This document shows, piece by piece, positions 55,162-64,000 of a stretch of 64,000 bases of DNA. This DNA comes from Patescibacteria group bacterium (GTDB lineage Bacteria > Patescibacteriota > Microgenomatia > Levybacterales > UBA12049). Every line of letters begins with the position of its first letter. Within the stretch, counting starts at the first letter, position 1. The DNA lies in assembly GCA_023484045.1 (NCBI GenBank), contig JAMDAA010000035.1:10966-74965 (forward strand). The letters run 5' to 3'. The notes beneath the pieces were generated by a model that saw only the letters and a program-made list of their open reading frames with translations, did not search any database and was not told where the DNA came from. A program made the translations under genes and the position numbers.

Positions 55162-55950
55162 ATGAATAATCAGCCGATCGGTGTTTTTGATTCTGGAGTT
55201 GGGGGATTAAGTATCCTCTCCGAAGTTAAAAAAAAACTACCAAAAGAAAACTATATTTTTTTAGCCGACCAGGCCCATGTTCCTTACGGCGAAAAAACAG
55301 GAGAAGAGCTCAAAATTCTTGTTTCCAAAATTATCGATTTTTTTATCAGAAAAAAAGTTAAAATGGTCATTTTCGGTTGCAACACGGCGACTGTCTACGC
55401 GATCGATTTTTTAAGGAAAAGATATCCGATTCCGCTTGTCGGTGTGGTTCCTGTTATAAAAACGCTCGCGGAACATACAGTAAGTAATAAAGTAGGGGTT
55501 TTATCCACGCCAGCGACGAGTAAAAGTCCGTATCTTAAAAAATTGATAAATGAATTTGCAAATGGAATAAAAATTTATAATGTCGGCGGAAACGGACTCG
55601 AAAATTTGGTCGAGGAGGGGAAAATAGATGATCAAAAGACAAAAAAAGTTTTATCGGAAATTCTTACGCCGATGATTAAAAAAGGCGTTGATTGTATCGG
55701 TCTTGGCTGTACTCATTACCCGTTTTTAAAAGATGAGATTCAAAAAATCGTCGGATCTAAGATTTCTATTTTTGATTCGGGAAAGGCCGTCGCTAAAAGA
55801 GTAGACGAAGTATTATCAAAAAAGAATATAAAAGGAAATAAAAGAACAGGAGATTTATATTACACAACCGGAGATCCAAAAGAATTTAAAAGAGTAGCAG
55901 AAAAGCTATTGTCGCATAAGTTAGATAATGTTTCTACGGCGATAATTTAA
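55162..55950 (+). CDS. murI: Glutamate racemase
   Basis: IGVFDSGVGGLS, CNTAT, LGCTHYP. Confidence 0.96.
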   Translation: MNNQPIGVFDSGVGGLSILSEVKKKLPKENYIFLADQAHVPYGEKTGEELKILVSKIIDFFIRKKVKMVIFGCNTATVYAIDFLRKRYPIPLVGVVPVIKTLAEHTVSNKVGVLSTPATSKSPYLKKLINEFANGIKIYNVGGNGLENLVEEGKIDDQKTKKVLSEILTPMIKKGVDCIGLGCTHYPFLKDEIQKIVGSKISIFDSGKAVAKRVDEVLSKKNIKGNKRTGDLYYTTGDPKEFKRVAEKLLSHKLDNVSTAII

Positions 55951-55953
55951 TAT

Positions 55954-57498
55954 ATGAATTTTAAAAATAAACCCTACGACGTTGAAACTTTGCAGGGCAA
56001 GAAAATAGCGGTTATTGGGCTTGGGGTAGAGGGGGAATCAAGCGTGAGATACTTGAAAAAGCAGGGCGCAGAAGTTACTGTTTTGGATAAAAAAGATAGT
56101 GAGGATTATCTTAAAGATCTTGACAAATACGATTTGATCGTTAGAAGCCCCGGGGTTCAATTGAATAAAATTCAGAATTCAGAATTCAGAATTCAGAATT
56201 CGATTATAACCTCTCAGACAAAACTTTTTTTTGATCTTTGCCCTTGTAAAATTATCGGAGTAACGGGGACAAAGGGAAAAGGAACAACTTCTTCATTAAT
56301 TTATGAAATGCTAAAAAAATCCTTCGACTCCGCTCAGGACAAGGCAGAGAAAAATGTGTATTTAGGCGGTAATATTGGACAGCCGCCGCTTGATTTTTTG
56401 AACAAATTAAATGATCAATCTTTAGTAGTCCTAGAGTTATCGAGTTTTCAGCTTCAAGACCTTACAAAGAGTCCGTACATAGCAGTTGTCTTAATGATAA
56501 CTTCGGAACATCTCGATTATCACAAAGATATTGATGAGTACGTCGACGCAAAAAGAAATATCTTAAAATTTCAGACAGCGTCAGATTTTGCAATTGTTAA
56601 TCGGGATTATCCGGCGAGCAATGAATCGGATATTCAAACAGAAGGAAAAGTGTATTTTGTAAGTAGGGAAAGAGAGGTCGAAGAAGGGTGTTTTGTAAAG
56701 GACGGAAAAATATTCATAAGACTTGGTACTGAAGTGACCCGCTCGCCGCTGAGGTCGGCTTGCCAGTTCGACGAGTTTTCGAACGCAAGCGTCCCTGCGG
56801 TCGCCTCAGGCGACCTCGGGATACGCTCCGATGTTCATCGGAGTCTAGCGAAAACATCGTCTCATGGTAAGCCTCCCCGCGGCGACCCGCGCTCTTCTCA
56901 ATATCCTAATATCTTTGAAGAACAAGTGATCGATACAAACGACATTCTTCTTCCCGGTACGCATAATTTGGAAAATGTATGCGCCGCGGTTATGGCGGCA
57001 ACATTGTCAGGAGTTTCAAAACAAAATATTATTCATGTTCTTAAAACTTTTAAAGGTTTGGAACATAGGCTCGAGTTGGTAGATGAGATCAACGGCGTTT
57101 CGTATTACGATGATTCGTTTTCTACGACTCCAGAGACCGCGATCGCCGCGATTCAGGCGTTTAAACAGCCGAAGATATTAATTCTTGGAGGATCGAGTAA
57201 AGGGAGCGATTTTACAGAACTCGGTCAAATTATTTCAAAAGACGAAAGTATAAAAGCGATTATCGGAATCGGAGAAGAATGGAGCCGCATGAAAGCGGAA
57301 TTTCCAATTTCCAATTTCCAATTTCCAATTATCGAAGGGGCGAAGAATATGTTGCAGATAGCTCAGGCGGCTTCGAAAATCGCAAAACCAGGGGACGTTG
57401 TACTTTTGACTCCGGCCTGCGCGAGTTTTGGGATGTTTAAAAACTACAAAGACCGCGGAGAACAATTTAAGAGAGAGGTCGAAAAACTTAAAAATTAA
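55954..57498 (+). CDS. murD: UDP-MurNAc-L-Ala:D-Glu ligase with four repeat-derived insertions
   Basis: GVTGTKGKGTT, ELSSFQL, HRLE, PACASF. Inserts at 56166-56201, 56320-56343, 56725-56905 and 57298-57332. Confidence 0.93.
   Translation: MNFKNKPYDVETLQGKKIAVIGLGVEGESSVRYLKKQGAEVTVLDKKDSEDYLKDLDKYDLIVRSPGVQLNKIQNSEFRIQNSIITSQTKLFFDLCPCKIIGVTGTKGKGTTSSLIYEMLKKSFDSAQDKAEKNVYLGGNIGQPPLDFLNKLNDQSLVVLELSSFQLQDLTKSPYIAVVLMITSEHLDYHKDIDEYVDAKRNILKFQTASDFAIVNRDYPASNESDIQTEGKVYFVSREREVEEGCFVKDGKIFIRLGTEVTRSPLRSACQFDEFSNASVPAVASGDLGIRSDVHRSLAKTSSHGKPPRGDPRSSQYPNIFEEQVIDTNDILLPGTHNLENVCAAVMAATLSGVSKQNIIHVLKTFKGLEHRLELVDEINGVSYYDDSFSTTPETAIAAIQAFKQPKILILGGSSKGSDFTELGQIISKDESIKAIIGIGEEWSRMKAEFPISNFQFPIIEGAKNMLQIAQAASKIAKPGDVVLLTPACASFGMFKNYKDRGEQFKREVEKLKN
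56725..56905. mobile_element. GC-rich branched-hairpin (MITE/RPE-like) insertion in frame in murD
   Basis: Nested complementary segments (see findings). Confidence 0.7.
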
Positions 57499-57499
57499 C

Positions 57500-58720
57500 A
57501 TGAGTAAGTTTGGTTTCGACATTTCTTTTAAAGATAAATCTTCACGCGCCCGGATCGGAAAAATCTCGACCCCGCACGGCGTTATCGAAACTCCGGCGTT
57601 TACCCCAGTCGGTACTCAGGCGTCGGTTAAATCATTAGACCCGAAAGATTTAAAAGAAACGAAAACCCAAATATTTTTTGGCAATACTTACCATTTACAT
57701 TTAAGGCCGGGGGAAGAGGTTGTTAAAAAATTTGGCGGATTGGCAAAATTTATGGGATGGGATGGACCGACGATTACGGACAGCGGGGGTTTTCAGGTTT
57801 TTTCGCTTGCTCAAAAAAAAGGAAGATCGCGCAATCAGGAAGAAGAAATTAATCTGGTTAAGATTACAGAAGACGGGGTTGTTTTTCGTTCGCATATAGA
57901 CGGAAGCTTACACGAATTCACCCCCGAAAAATCGATCGAGATACAAAAGAATTTGAGCGCGGATATTATTTTAGCGTTTGATCAATGTCCGCCGTATCCG
58001 GCAAGTTATGAAGACGCCAAAAAAGCGATGGACAGAACGCACGAATGGGCAGTTCGTTGCCTAAACTCAAAGCTCAAAGCTCAAAAGTCAAAACTACAAC
58101 TTAAAATTCAAAACTTTAATCAGGCGATTTATGGGATAGTTCAGGGTTCGGTTTATGAGGATTTAAGAAAAGAGTCGGCAAAATTCATTGGCGATCTTGC
58201 CCTGAGCGGAGTCGAAGGGTTTGACGGGATTGCCATCGGCGGAGTCGCGGTCGGAGAAAGTAAAGTTGAAATGCTGCGAGCTGTTGAATGGGTGGTTCCG
58301 CTTTTGCCAGAAGAAAAACCCCGGCATTTGTTGGGCGTTGGGGAAGTGGATGATATTTTTGAAATTATTGAGCGCGGAATCGATACTTTTGATTGTGTTA
58401 TTCCGACAAGACTCGGAAGAACCGGATTCTTGTTTGTCGGGCCAAAAGAGGGGAACATTAAAAACCGATTTAGAATCGACATTAATAAATCGGTTTTTGC
58501 CAAAGACCAAGAACCGGTGACCAAAAATTGCAATTGTTATGTCTGTCAAAATTTTACCCGCGGCTATCTCAATCATTTATTTATAGGTAGAGAGCTTCTC
58601 GCATATAGACTTGCGAGTTATCACAATATTTACTTTATTAACGATCTCGTCGAAAAAATAAGGAACGCAATTTTAAACGGAGAGTTTAAAAAGATGAAAA
58701 GAGAATGGCTGGAAGCGTAA
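57500..58720 (+). CDS. tgt: tRNA-guanine transglycosylase with 48-bp arm (58068-58115) and REP (58196-58219)
   Basis: TPAFTPVGT, DSGGFQVFSL, DCVIPTR, CNCYVC. Confidence 0.95.
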   Translation: MSKFGFDISFKDKSSRARIGKISTPHGVIETPAFTPVGTQASVKSLDPKDLKETKTQIFFGNTYHLHLRPGEEVVKKFGGLAKFMGWDGPTITDSGGFQVFSLAQKKGRSRNQEEEINLVKITEDGVVFRSHIDGSLHEFTPEKSIEIQKNLSADIILAFDQCPPYPASYEDAKKAMDRTHEWAVRCLNSKLKAQKSKLQLKIQNFNQAIYGIVQGSVYEDLRKESAKFIGDLALSGVEGFDGIAIGGVAVGESKVEMLRAVEWVVPLLPEEKPRHLLGVGEVDDIFEIIERGIDTFDCVIPTRLGRTGFLFVGPKEGNIKNRFRIDINKSVFAKDQEPVTKNCNCYVCQNFTRGYLNHLFIGRELLAYRLASYHNIYFINDLVEKIRNAILNGEFKKMKREWLEA

Positions 58721-58722
58721 AT

Positions 58723-58860
58723 TTGACTTGATTTAGCAGTCTTGCTATACTTTATTAGTCATGAAAAAGGGAATATTAAATAATTGGTACGATCAGGATT
58801 CAGCTTAACTGTTGGTCTGATTTCTCGTGCTTGAACCAGCCAACAGCGGCTGGTTTTTTT
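58723..58860 (+). promoter_or_regulatory. Promoter + Trp leader peptide (58761-58808, MKKGILNNWYDQDSA) + attenuator
   Basis: TTGACT-17-TATACT; alternative 1:2, 2:3 and 3:4 pairings; terminator AACCAGCC/GGCTGGTT + T run. Confidence 0.72.
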
Positions 58861-58871
58861 ATGGAAAAAAT

Positions 58872-59564
58872 ATGAAAAATAAAAAAGCAATCTGTATTTT
58901 AGGAGGAATGGGGCCGCAAGCCTCAGTTTATATGCATAAAATGCTGGTCGAATTATCGGCAAGATATTTTAATGCAAAAAATAACGAAGATTATCCCGAA
59001 ATAATCATATATTCAATTCCGATTCCTGATTTTATCTCTAACAAAGTCAATAAAAGAAAGGCGCTGATTATGCTTAAAAAACGTGTAGCAGAGATAAATA
59101 AACTTTCTGTTTCACAAATCGGAATAGCATGCAATACGGCTCATTTACTTTTAGGGGAGTTACAAAATATATCAAAAACTCCTTTTGTATCGATAATAGA
59201 TGAAGTAAATAAAACAGTTGGGCCAAAGATTAAAAAAGTTGGTCTTTTAGCTTCACCTACAACAATAAAGTCATATTTGTATCAAAACGTTCTTGAAAAA
59301 AAGAGGATAGAAATAATTACGCCGTCTTTAATTGAATTGGAAATACTTGAAAAAATAATAAGAAAAGTGATTAGAGGCAAAATAACTAAAAAAGATCAAA
59401 TAACCTTAAGATCGATTGCTAATTCATTAAAAGACAGAGGTGCAGAGGGAATTATCCTTGGCTGTACAGAATTACCGCTTATTTTTCCACCGAAATTTTC
59501 TTTGCCTGTCTTTAATTCGGTTGAGATACTGGCGATGGCTTTATTGCGTAAATATTACAAATAA
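58872..59564 (+). CDS. Asp/Glu racemase-family amino-acid racemase
   Basis: ILGGMGPQAS, ACNTAH, LGCTELP. Confidence 0.9.
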   Translation: MKNKKAICILGGMGPQASVYMHKMLVELSARYFNAKNNEDYPEIIIYSIPIPDFISNKVNKRKALIMLKKRVAEINKLSVSQIGIACNTAHLLLGELQNISKTPFVSIIDEVNKTVGPKIKKVGLLASPTTIKSYLYQNVLEKKRIEIITPSLIELEILEKIIRKVIRGKITKKDQITLRSIANSLKDRGAEGIILGCTELPLIFPPKFSLPVFNSVEILAMALLRKYYK

Positions 59565-59572
59565 AATACAAT

Positions 59573-60592
59573 ATGAAAAAGATGAAAAAGAGAATATTAA
59601 CAGGAGATAACACAACCGGAAGACTTCATTTGGGTCATTATGTAGGATCGCTTGAAAATAGAGTGAAGCTTCAGCATGAGTATGAAACCTTTATTTTGCT
59701 GGCTGATATGCATTCTTTAGCTTATCCAAGATATATTGGCGAACCAGGTACGGTTGCCGATTCCGTAATTCAGGTGACTATGGATAACTTAGCGGTTGGA
59801 CTTGATCCGGAAATTTCAACAATTTTTGCAGAATCAACTGTTCCTGAAATTTATGAACTTGCCACCATATTTAGCATGTTTGTTTCTCATAACCGGGCCT
59901 TAAGAAACCCGACGATTAAAGAAGAAATAAGAGAAAAAAGCTTAGGTGATAATTACTCTTTGGGTTATATATTTTTTCCAATTCTTCAAGCAGCAGATAT
60001 TTTATGTGTAAAAGCGGATTTGGTTCCTGTGGGAGAAGATCAACTTCCTCATATTGAGCAAACCAATGAGATAGTACGAAGGTTCAATCAACTCTACGGA
60101 GGAGAAGCTTTAAAAGAAACAAAAGGCTTGGTTGGTCGTATAAACAGATTGGTTGGAACGGACGGAAATGTCAAAATGACTAAATCATTAGGTAATTGTA
60201 TCTACCTTTCTGATTCGGAAGCCGAGTTAGAGAAAAAAGTTATGAATATGTACACTGATCCAAAAAGAATTCACCCGACGGATAAAGGTACTGTGGAGAG
60301 CAATCCTGTTTTTATTTATTTAGATGCTTTTGGAAAAGAAAAAGACAAATCTCAAATCGAAGATTTTAAAATTCGATACAGAGAAGGAAAGGTGGGAGAT
60401 GTTGAGGTAAAAAAATATTTGGTTAAAGTTTTAAACGATTTTTTGGATCCGATTAGAAAAAGACGTAAAAAATACGAAGCAAATCCGGAACAAGTAATAA
60501 AAATCTTAGAGGAAGGCACAAAAAAAGCGCGGGAGGAAGCAATTAAAACTTTAACTGCGGTTAAAAATGTGATTAATCTGAATTATTTTTGA
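59573..60592 (+). CDS. trpS: Tryptophan--tRNA ligase
   Basis: HLGH, QAADIL, VPVGEDQ, KMTKS. Confidence 0.95.
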   Translation: MKKMKKRILTGDNTTGRLHLGHYVGSLENRVKLQHEYETFILLADMHSLAYPRYIGEPGTVADSVIQVTMDNLAVGLDPEISTIFAESTVPEIYELATIFSMFVSHNRALRNPTIKEEIREKSLGDNYSLGYIFFPILQAADILCVKADLVPVGEDQLPHIEQTNEIVRRFNQLYGGEALKETKGLVGRINRLVGTDGNVKMTKSLGNCIYLSDSEAELEKKVMNMYTDPKRIHPTDKGTVESNPVFIYLDAFGKEKDKSQIEDFKIRYREGKVGDVEVKKYLVKVLNDFLDPIRKRRKKYEANPEQVIKILEEGTKKAREEAIKTLTAVKNVINLNYF

Positions 60593-60638
60593 AGGTTAAA
60601 TCATTGGCAAATTAGCCTCGTTGTGCTATACTCTCGCT

Positions 60639-62507
60639 ATGCCTTCCCCCAATTTTAAAAAAATTAATAAAAATGGTCGTCGCAACTTTAAAGTAAAGAT
60701 GCGATTCTCTTGGAAAAACCTTATTCTGTACAGTTTTTTGTTTATCTTTTTGCTTTTTTTATTCTCGGGTTTTACGCAATCTCTAAATTTAAACAATGTA
60801 AAAACCGCTTCGCTTTCTCAAGTGATTAATGATGTTAAAAAGGGAAAAGTGACACAGATTACCGTTTCGGATAATAAACTCACTATTCAGGAAAAAGACG
60901 AAGTTTTTCAGGCTTTTAAAGAACCTGGTTCAAACGTTTATCAAATATTCAAAGACGCCGGAGCATCACTCGATAAGACAAAAGTGACAGTAAAAGACGA
61001 ATCGAGTCTAAACAGCTGGATCAATATTTTAGGTTCGATCCTTCCGGTTATTTTAATGGTCGCGTTTTTCTATTTTATTTTCCGTCAAGCAAGAGGAGCG
61101 CAGGAAAGCATTTTTTCTTTTGGTCAATCAAAAGCAAAGCTTTTTAACAGAGATCATCCAAAGGTTACTTTTGCCGATGTAGCAGGCGTAGATGATGCAA
61201 AACAGGAATTAACAGAGATTGTTGATTTTTTGAAAAACCCGGGTAAATATAAAGCGATGGGTGCTAGAACGCCAAAGGGCGTGTTAATGGTCGGTCCATC
61301 CGGAACCGGAAAGACGCTTCTTGCCAGGGCTACAGCCGGAGAAGCGAACGTACCTTTTTTCTCGATGGCGGGATCTGAATTTATGGAAATGTTGGTCGGA
61401 GTTGGTGCCAGCCGTGTTCGTGATTTGTTTAATACCGCTAAAAAAGCGCAGCCGGCGATAATTTTTATCGATGAAGTCGATGCGATCGGAAGGCAACGCG
61501 GAGCGGGATTTATGGGTGGACATGACGAGCGTGAACAAACCTTAAATCAAATTCTAGTTGAAATGGACGGTTTTATGCCTACAGAACAGCTAGTTGTGAT
61601 TGCCGCGACAAACAGGCCCGATGTTTTGGACCCTGCGCTTATTAGACCGGGAAGATTTGACAGGCGTGTTGTTTTAGACATGCCGGACGTTGTTGGTAGA
61701 AAATCGATACTTTCGATTCACGCCAAAGGAAAACCGTTCGCCGAAGACGTCGATTGGGAAAAGGTGGCAAAAAGAACAGTCGGATTTTCCGGTGCGGATT
61801 TAGAAAATATGTTAAACGAAGCCGCGATTTTAGCGGCGAGATTAGGTAAAAAGGCGATCGAAATGAAAGATATAAACGAAGCCTCAACAAAAGTTAAACT
61901 CGGACCCGAGAAAAAAAGATTACAGTCCGAAGAAGACCGCGAAATGACAGCGTATCACGAGGCGGGGCACGCTTTAGTTTCCTGGCAGATGCCCCATGTG
62001 GATCCCGTGCACAGAATATCGATCGTGAGTCGTGGATTTTCACTCGGTCACACAATGATAGAACCGGTAGAGCATACTCACGAGACAAGAACACATCTTT
62101 TGGAACAAATAACAGTCATGCTTGGTGGAAGGGCGGCAGAAAAATTAATATTTAATGAGATGACAACAGGGGCTTCAAACGATATAGCTCGGGCGACAGA
62201 ACTCGCGCGGATGATGGTTTCAGAATTTGGCATGAGCGATTTGGGGCCGATAAATTTGGATGGAGAGAATAAAACATTCTATGATAAAGCCAATATCTCG
62301 CCTGAAATGGCAGCCAAGGTCGACGCAGAAGTTAAAAAAATAACAGATGTTTGCTACAAAAATGCCCAAGCGATTTTACTCAAACTTAAAGCAAAACTCG
62401 ATCTTTTAGCAGCGGAACTTCTTAAAAAAGAAACACTCGAAGCAGAAGAGTTCGAAAGTTTAATCGGAATAAAAAAAGTGCAGGCGAGGTTGAAAGCAGA
62501 TAAATAG
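60639..62507 (+). CDS. ftsH: ATP-dependent zinc metalloprotease FtsH
   Basis: GPSGTGKT, second region of homology, HEAGH. Confidence 0.97.
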   Translation: MPSPNFKKINKNGRRNFKVKMRFSWKNLILYSFLFIFLLFLFSGFTQSLNLNNVKTASLSQVINDVKKGKVTQITVSDNKLTIQEKDEVFQAFKEPGSNVYQIFKDAGASLDKTKVTVKDESSLNSWINILGSILPVILMVAFFYFIFRQARGAQESIFSFGQSKAKLFNRDHPKVTFADVAGVDDAKQELTEIVDFLKNPGKYKAMGARTPKGVLMVGPSGTGKTLLARATAGEANVPFFSMAGSEFMEMLVGVGASRVRDLFNTAKKAQPAIIFIDEVDAIGRQRGAGFMGGHDEREQTLNQILVEMDGFMPTEQLVVIAATNRPDVLDPALIRPGRFDRRVVLDMPDVVGRKSILSIHAKGKPFAEDVDWEKVAKRTVGFSGADLENMLNEAAILAARLGKKAIEMKDINEASTKVKLGPEKKRLQSEEDREMTAYHEAGHALVSWQMPHVDPVHRISIVSRGFSLGHTMIEPVEHTHETRTHLLEQITVMLGGRAAEKLIFNEMTTGASNDIARATELARMMVSEFGMSDLGPINLDGENKTFYDKANISPEMAAKVDAEVKKITDVCYKNAQAILLKLKAKLDLLAAELLKKETLEAEEFESLIGIKKVQARLKADK

Positions 62508-62546
62508 TCATTGACAGGTAGAATGACTTGTGAAATTATTTAATTA

Positions 62547-63179
62547 ATGAGCAAATTCTCCAAAAAAGAGGCGATCGGGTACGGATGGGATAAAGTTAAA
62601 AAAAATCTCCGATTTTTTATTGTATTAATAGTAATCGTTTTTGCTGTCTCATTTGTCCCCTCTTTTATTAATAGCGCGATGACAGCATCTTCTAGGGAGG
62701 GAGGCCAGATATTTCCGACAATATTTTCTTTAATAATAAATCTTGCTTTTTGGGTTTTGCAAACGATCATCGGCATCGGTCTTATTAAAATTTATCTTAA
62801 ATTTATCGATGGACAAAAACCGAAATATTCGGATCTTTTTTCCTATTACCGATTATTTTTCAAATATTTAATAGGTTCGATTTTGAGCGGTTTAATCGTT
62901 CTCGCAGGATTTATTTTGCTTATAGTTCCCGGAATTATCTGGTCGATCAAATATCAGTTTACGACATATTTGATCGTCGATAAAGATATGAGCCCGGTTG
63001 CGGCGTTGAAAAAAAGCGGGGCAATAACTAAAGGGTCAAAATGGAATTTGTTTCTATTCGGGTTACTTCTTGGTTTAATCAATATTTTGGGTGTGATTGC
63101 CTTGGGCGTTGGATTATTTATTACAATTCCGATAACAATGCTTGCGACCGCTTATGTTTATCGTAAACTTTCAGCTTAA
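62547..63179 (+). CDS. Integral membrane protein (DUF975-like)
   Basis: GFILLIVPGIIW..ALKKS..TKG motif. Confidence 0.75.
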   Translation: MSKFSKKEAIGYGWDKVKKNLRFFIVLIVIVFAVSFVPSFINSAMTASSREGGQIFPTIFSLIINLAFWVLQTIIGIGLIKIYLKFIDGQKPKYSDLFSYYRLFFKYLIGSILSGLIVLAGFILLIVPGIIWSIKYQFTTYLIVDKDMSPVAALKKSGAITKGSKWNLFLFGLLLGLINILGVIALGVGLFITIPITMLATAYVYRKLSA

Positions 63180-63229
63180 ACCTCGTTAGTTTTTCTTCAT
63201 TTAGCCTTATAAAATGATATAATGTCGAT

Positions 63230-64000
63230 ATGACTTCCAAAACTTTTCTTTTGATCGACGGTAATGCTATCTTGCACCGTGCGTTTCACGCGTTGCCGCC
63301 ATTAACGAGTAAAGACGGAAATTTAGTAAACGCCGTCTACGGATTTTTCTCGATGTTTTTAAAAATTCTATCCGAAGTTAAACCGGACCATGCTGTTATC
63401 TGTTTTGACAGACCAAAACCAACTTTCCGCAAAACTTTGTACGTTGGTTATCAAGCACACAGGCCAAAAATGGACGATACTTTAATACCTCAAATACAAA
63501 CGGTTCACGAAATTCTAGGTAAAGCAAAATATAAAATATTCGAAATCGACGGCTACGAGGCAGACGATTTGATTGGAACGATTTCAAAAAAAGTAGTTGA
63601 CGATTTTAATTCCAGGGTTATTATTGTTTCGGGAGATCGCGACATGCTACAGCTTGTGAACTCACACGTAAAAGTTTTAGCGCCGATTACGGGGATTACA
63701 AAAATGATTTTGTTTGATGAAAAGCTGGTTGAGGAAAAATACGGGATAAAATCCTCACAAATCGTAGATTATAAATCGCTAGCCGGTGATTCTTCGGACA
63801 ATTATCCGGGCGTGCCGGGAGTCGGTCCAAAGACAGCGTCAACTTTATTAAAAGAATACGGGACGCTCGAGAATTTATATCAAAACATCGATGGTATAAA
63901 AAAGAAAAACGAGAATCTATCGATAAAACTTGCAACGGGAATCGAATCTGCGGGCCTGGCGAAGAAACTCGCGACGATCGTAACCGACGCGCCAATAACT
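63230..64000 (+). CDS. polA: DNA polymerase I / 5'-3' exonuclease, N-terminal part (runs off window)
   Basis: Manual translation MTSKTFLLIDGNAILHRAFHALP...YEADD...GDRD...GDSSDNYPGVPGVGPKTA. Confidence 0.88.
   Translation, partial: MTSKTFLLIDGNAILHRAFHALPPLTSKDGNLVNAVYGFFSMFLKILSEVKPDHAVICFDRPKPTFRKTLYVGYQAHRPKMDDTLIPQIQTVHEILGKAKYKIFEIDGYEADDLIGTISKKVVDDFNSRVIIVSGDRDMLQLVNSHVKVLAPITGITKMILFDEKLVEEKYGIKSSQIVDYKSLAGDSSDNYPGVPGVGPKTASTLLKEYGTLENLYQNIDGIKKKNENLSIKLATGIESAGLAKKLATIVTDAPIT

Noticed and set aside
26870..60592. Stop-codon reassignment (code 25)
   Set aside because: TGA terminates conserved genes at the expected positions (pfkB, gap, pduO, trpS), and long genes lack internal TGA.
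262..63995. Numerous short antisense or alternate-frame ORFs in the track
   Set aside because: They lie within well-supported genes and have no recognisable motifs.
1..64000. CRISPR array
   Set aside because: Repeats are 7-8-nt periodic runs or dispersed hairpins; there is no repeat-spacer array and no cas gene.

Overview
This is a 64-kb, AT-rich, code-11 chromosomal segment, inferred to come from a Patescibacteria (CPR) bacterium of the Microgenomates type. The inference rests on the VirB4/PrgI/VirB2-pilin/VirB6/VirD4-like genes, ComF, the minimal sugar metabolism and the odd tRNAs. The housekeeping content is ordinary: two class A PBPs, pgk, gap, rpiB, rpe, a class I aldolase, nrdR-nrdJ-pduO, smpB/tmRNA, murI, murD, tgt, trpS, ftsH, polA and 9 tRNAs. 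Layered on it is a dense set of tiny structured elements. (1) Three four-helix-bundle genes (23S-IVP/Avd-like fold) each sit between a pair of inverted arms built of 7-nt periodic repeats, with a different heptamer per gene. One cassette lies exactly between two synonymously diverged copies of a host gene 3' end. Orphan arms with the same 4+spacer+2 architecture occur in frame in tgt and pduO, and looser heptamer runs occur in pgk, gap, murD and virB6. Empty 8-nt-period versions occur in intergenic regions. (2) Several families of 21-45-bp REP-like hairpins with covarying stems are linked to small GIY-YIG genes and tRNA 3' ends. They insert cleanly into proteins, into heptamer arms, into each other and into a tRNA remnant. 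Also present are a ~180-bp branched hairpin in frame in murD, a probable remote DGR target, a Trp-leader attenuator ahead of racemase-trpS, a compact cobalamin riboswitch, tRNA-Ile(UAU), tRNA-Arg(GCG), gene-conversion tracts in pilin and PBP paralogues, and many leaderless-type promoters. All calls were made by eye; no database searches were run, so novelty is unverified.
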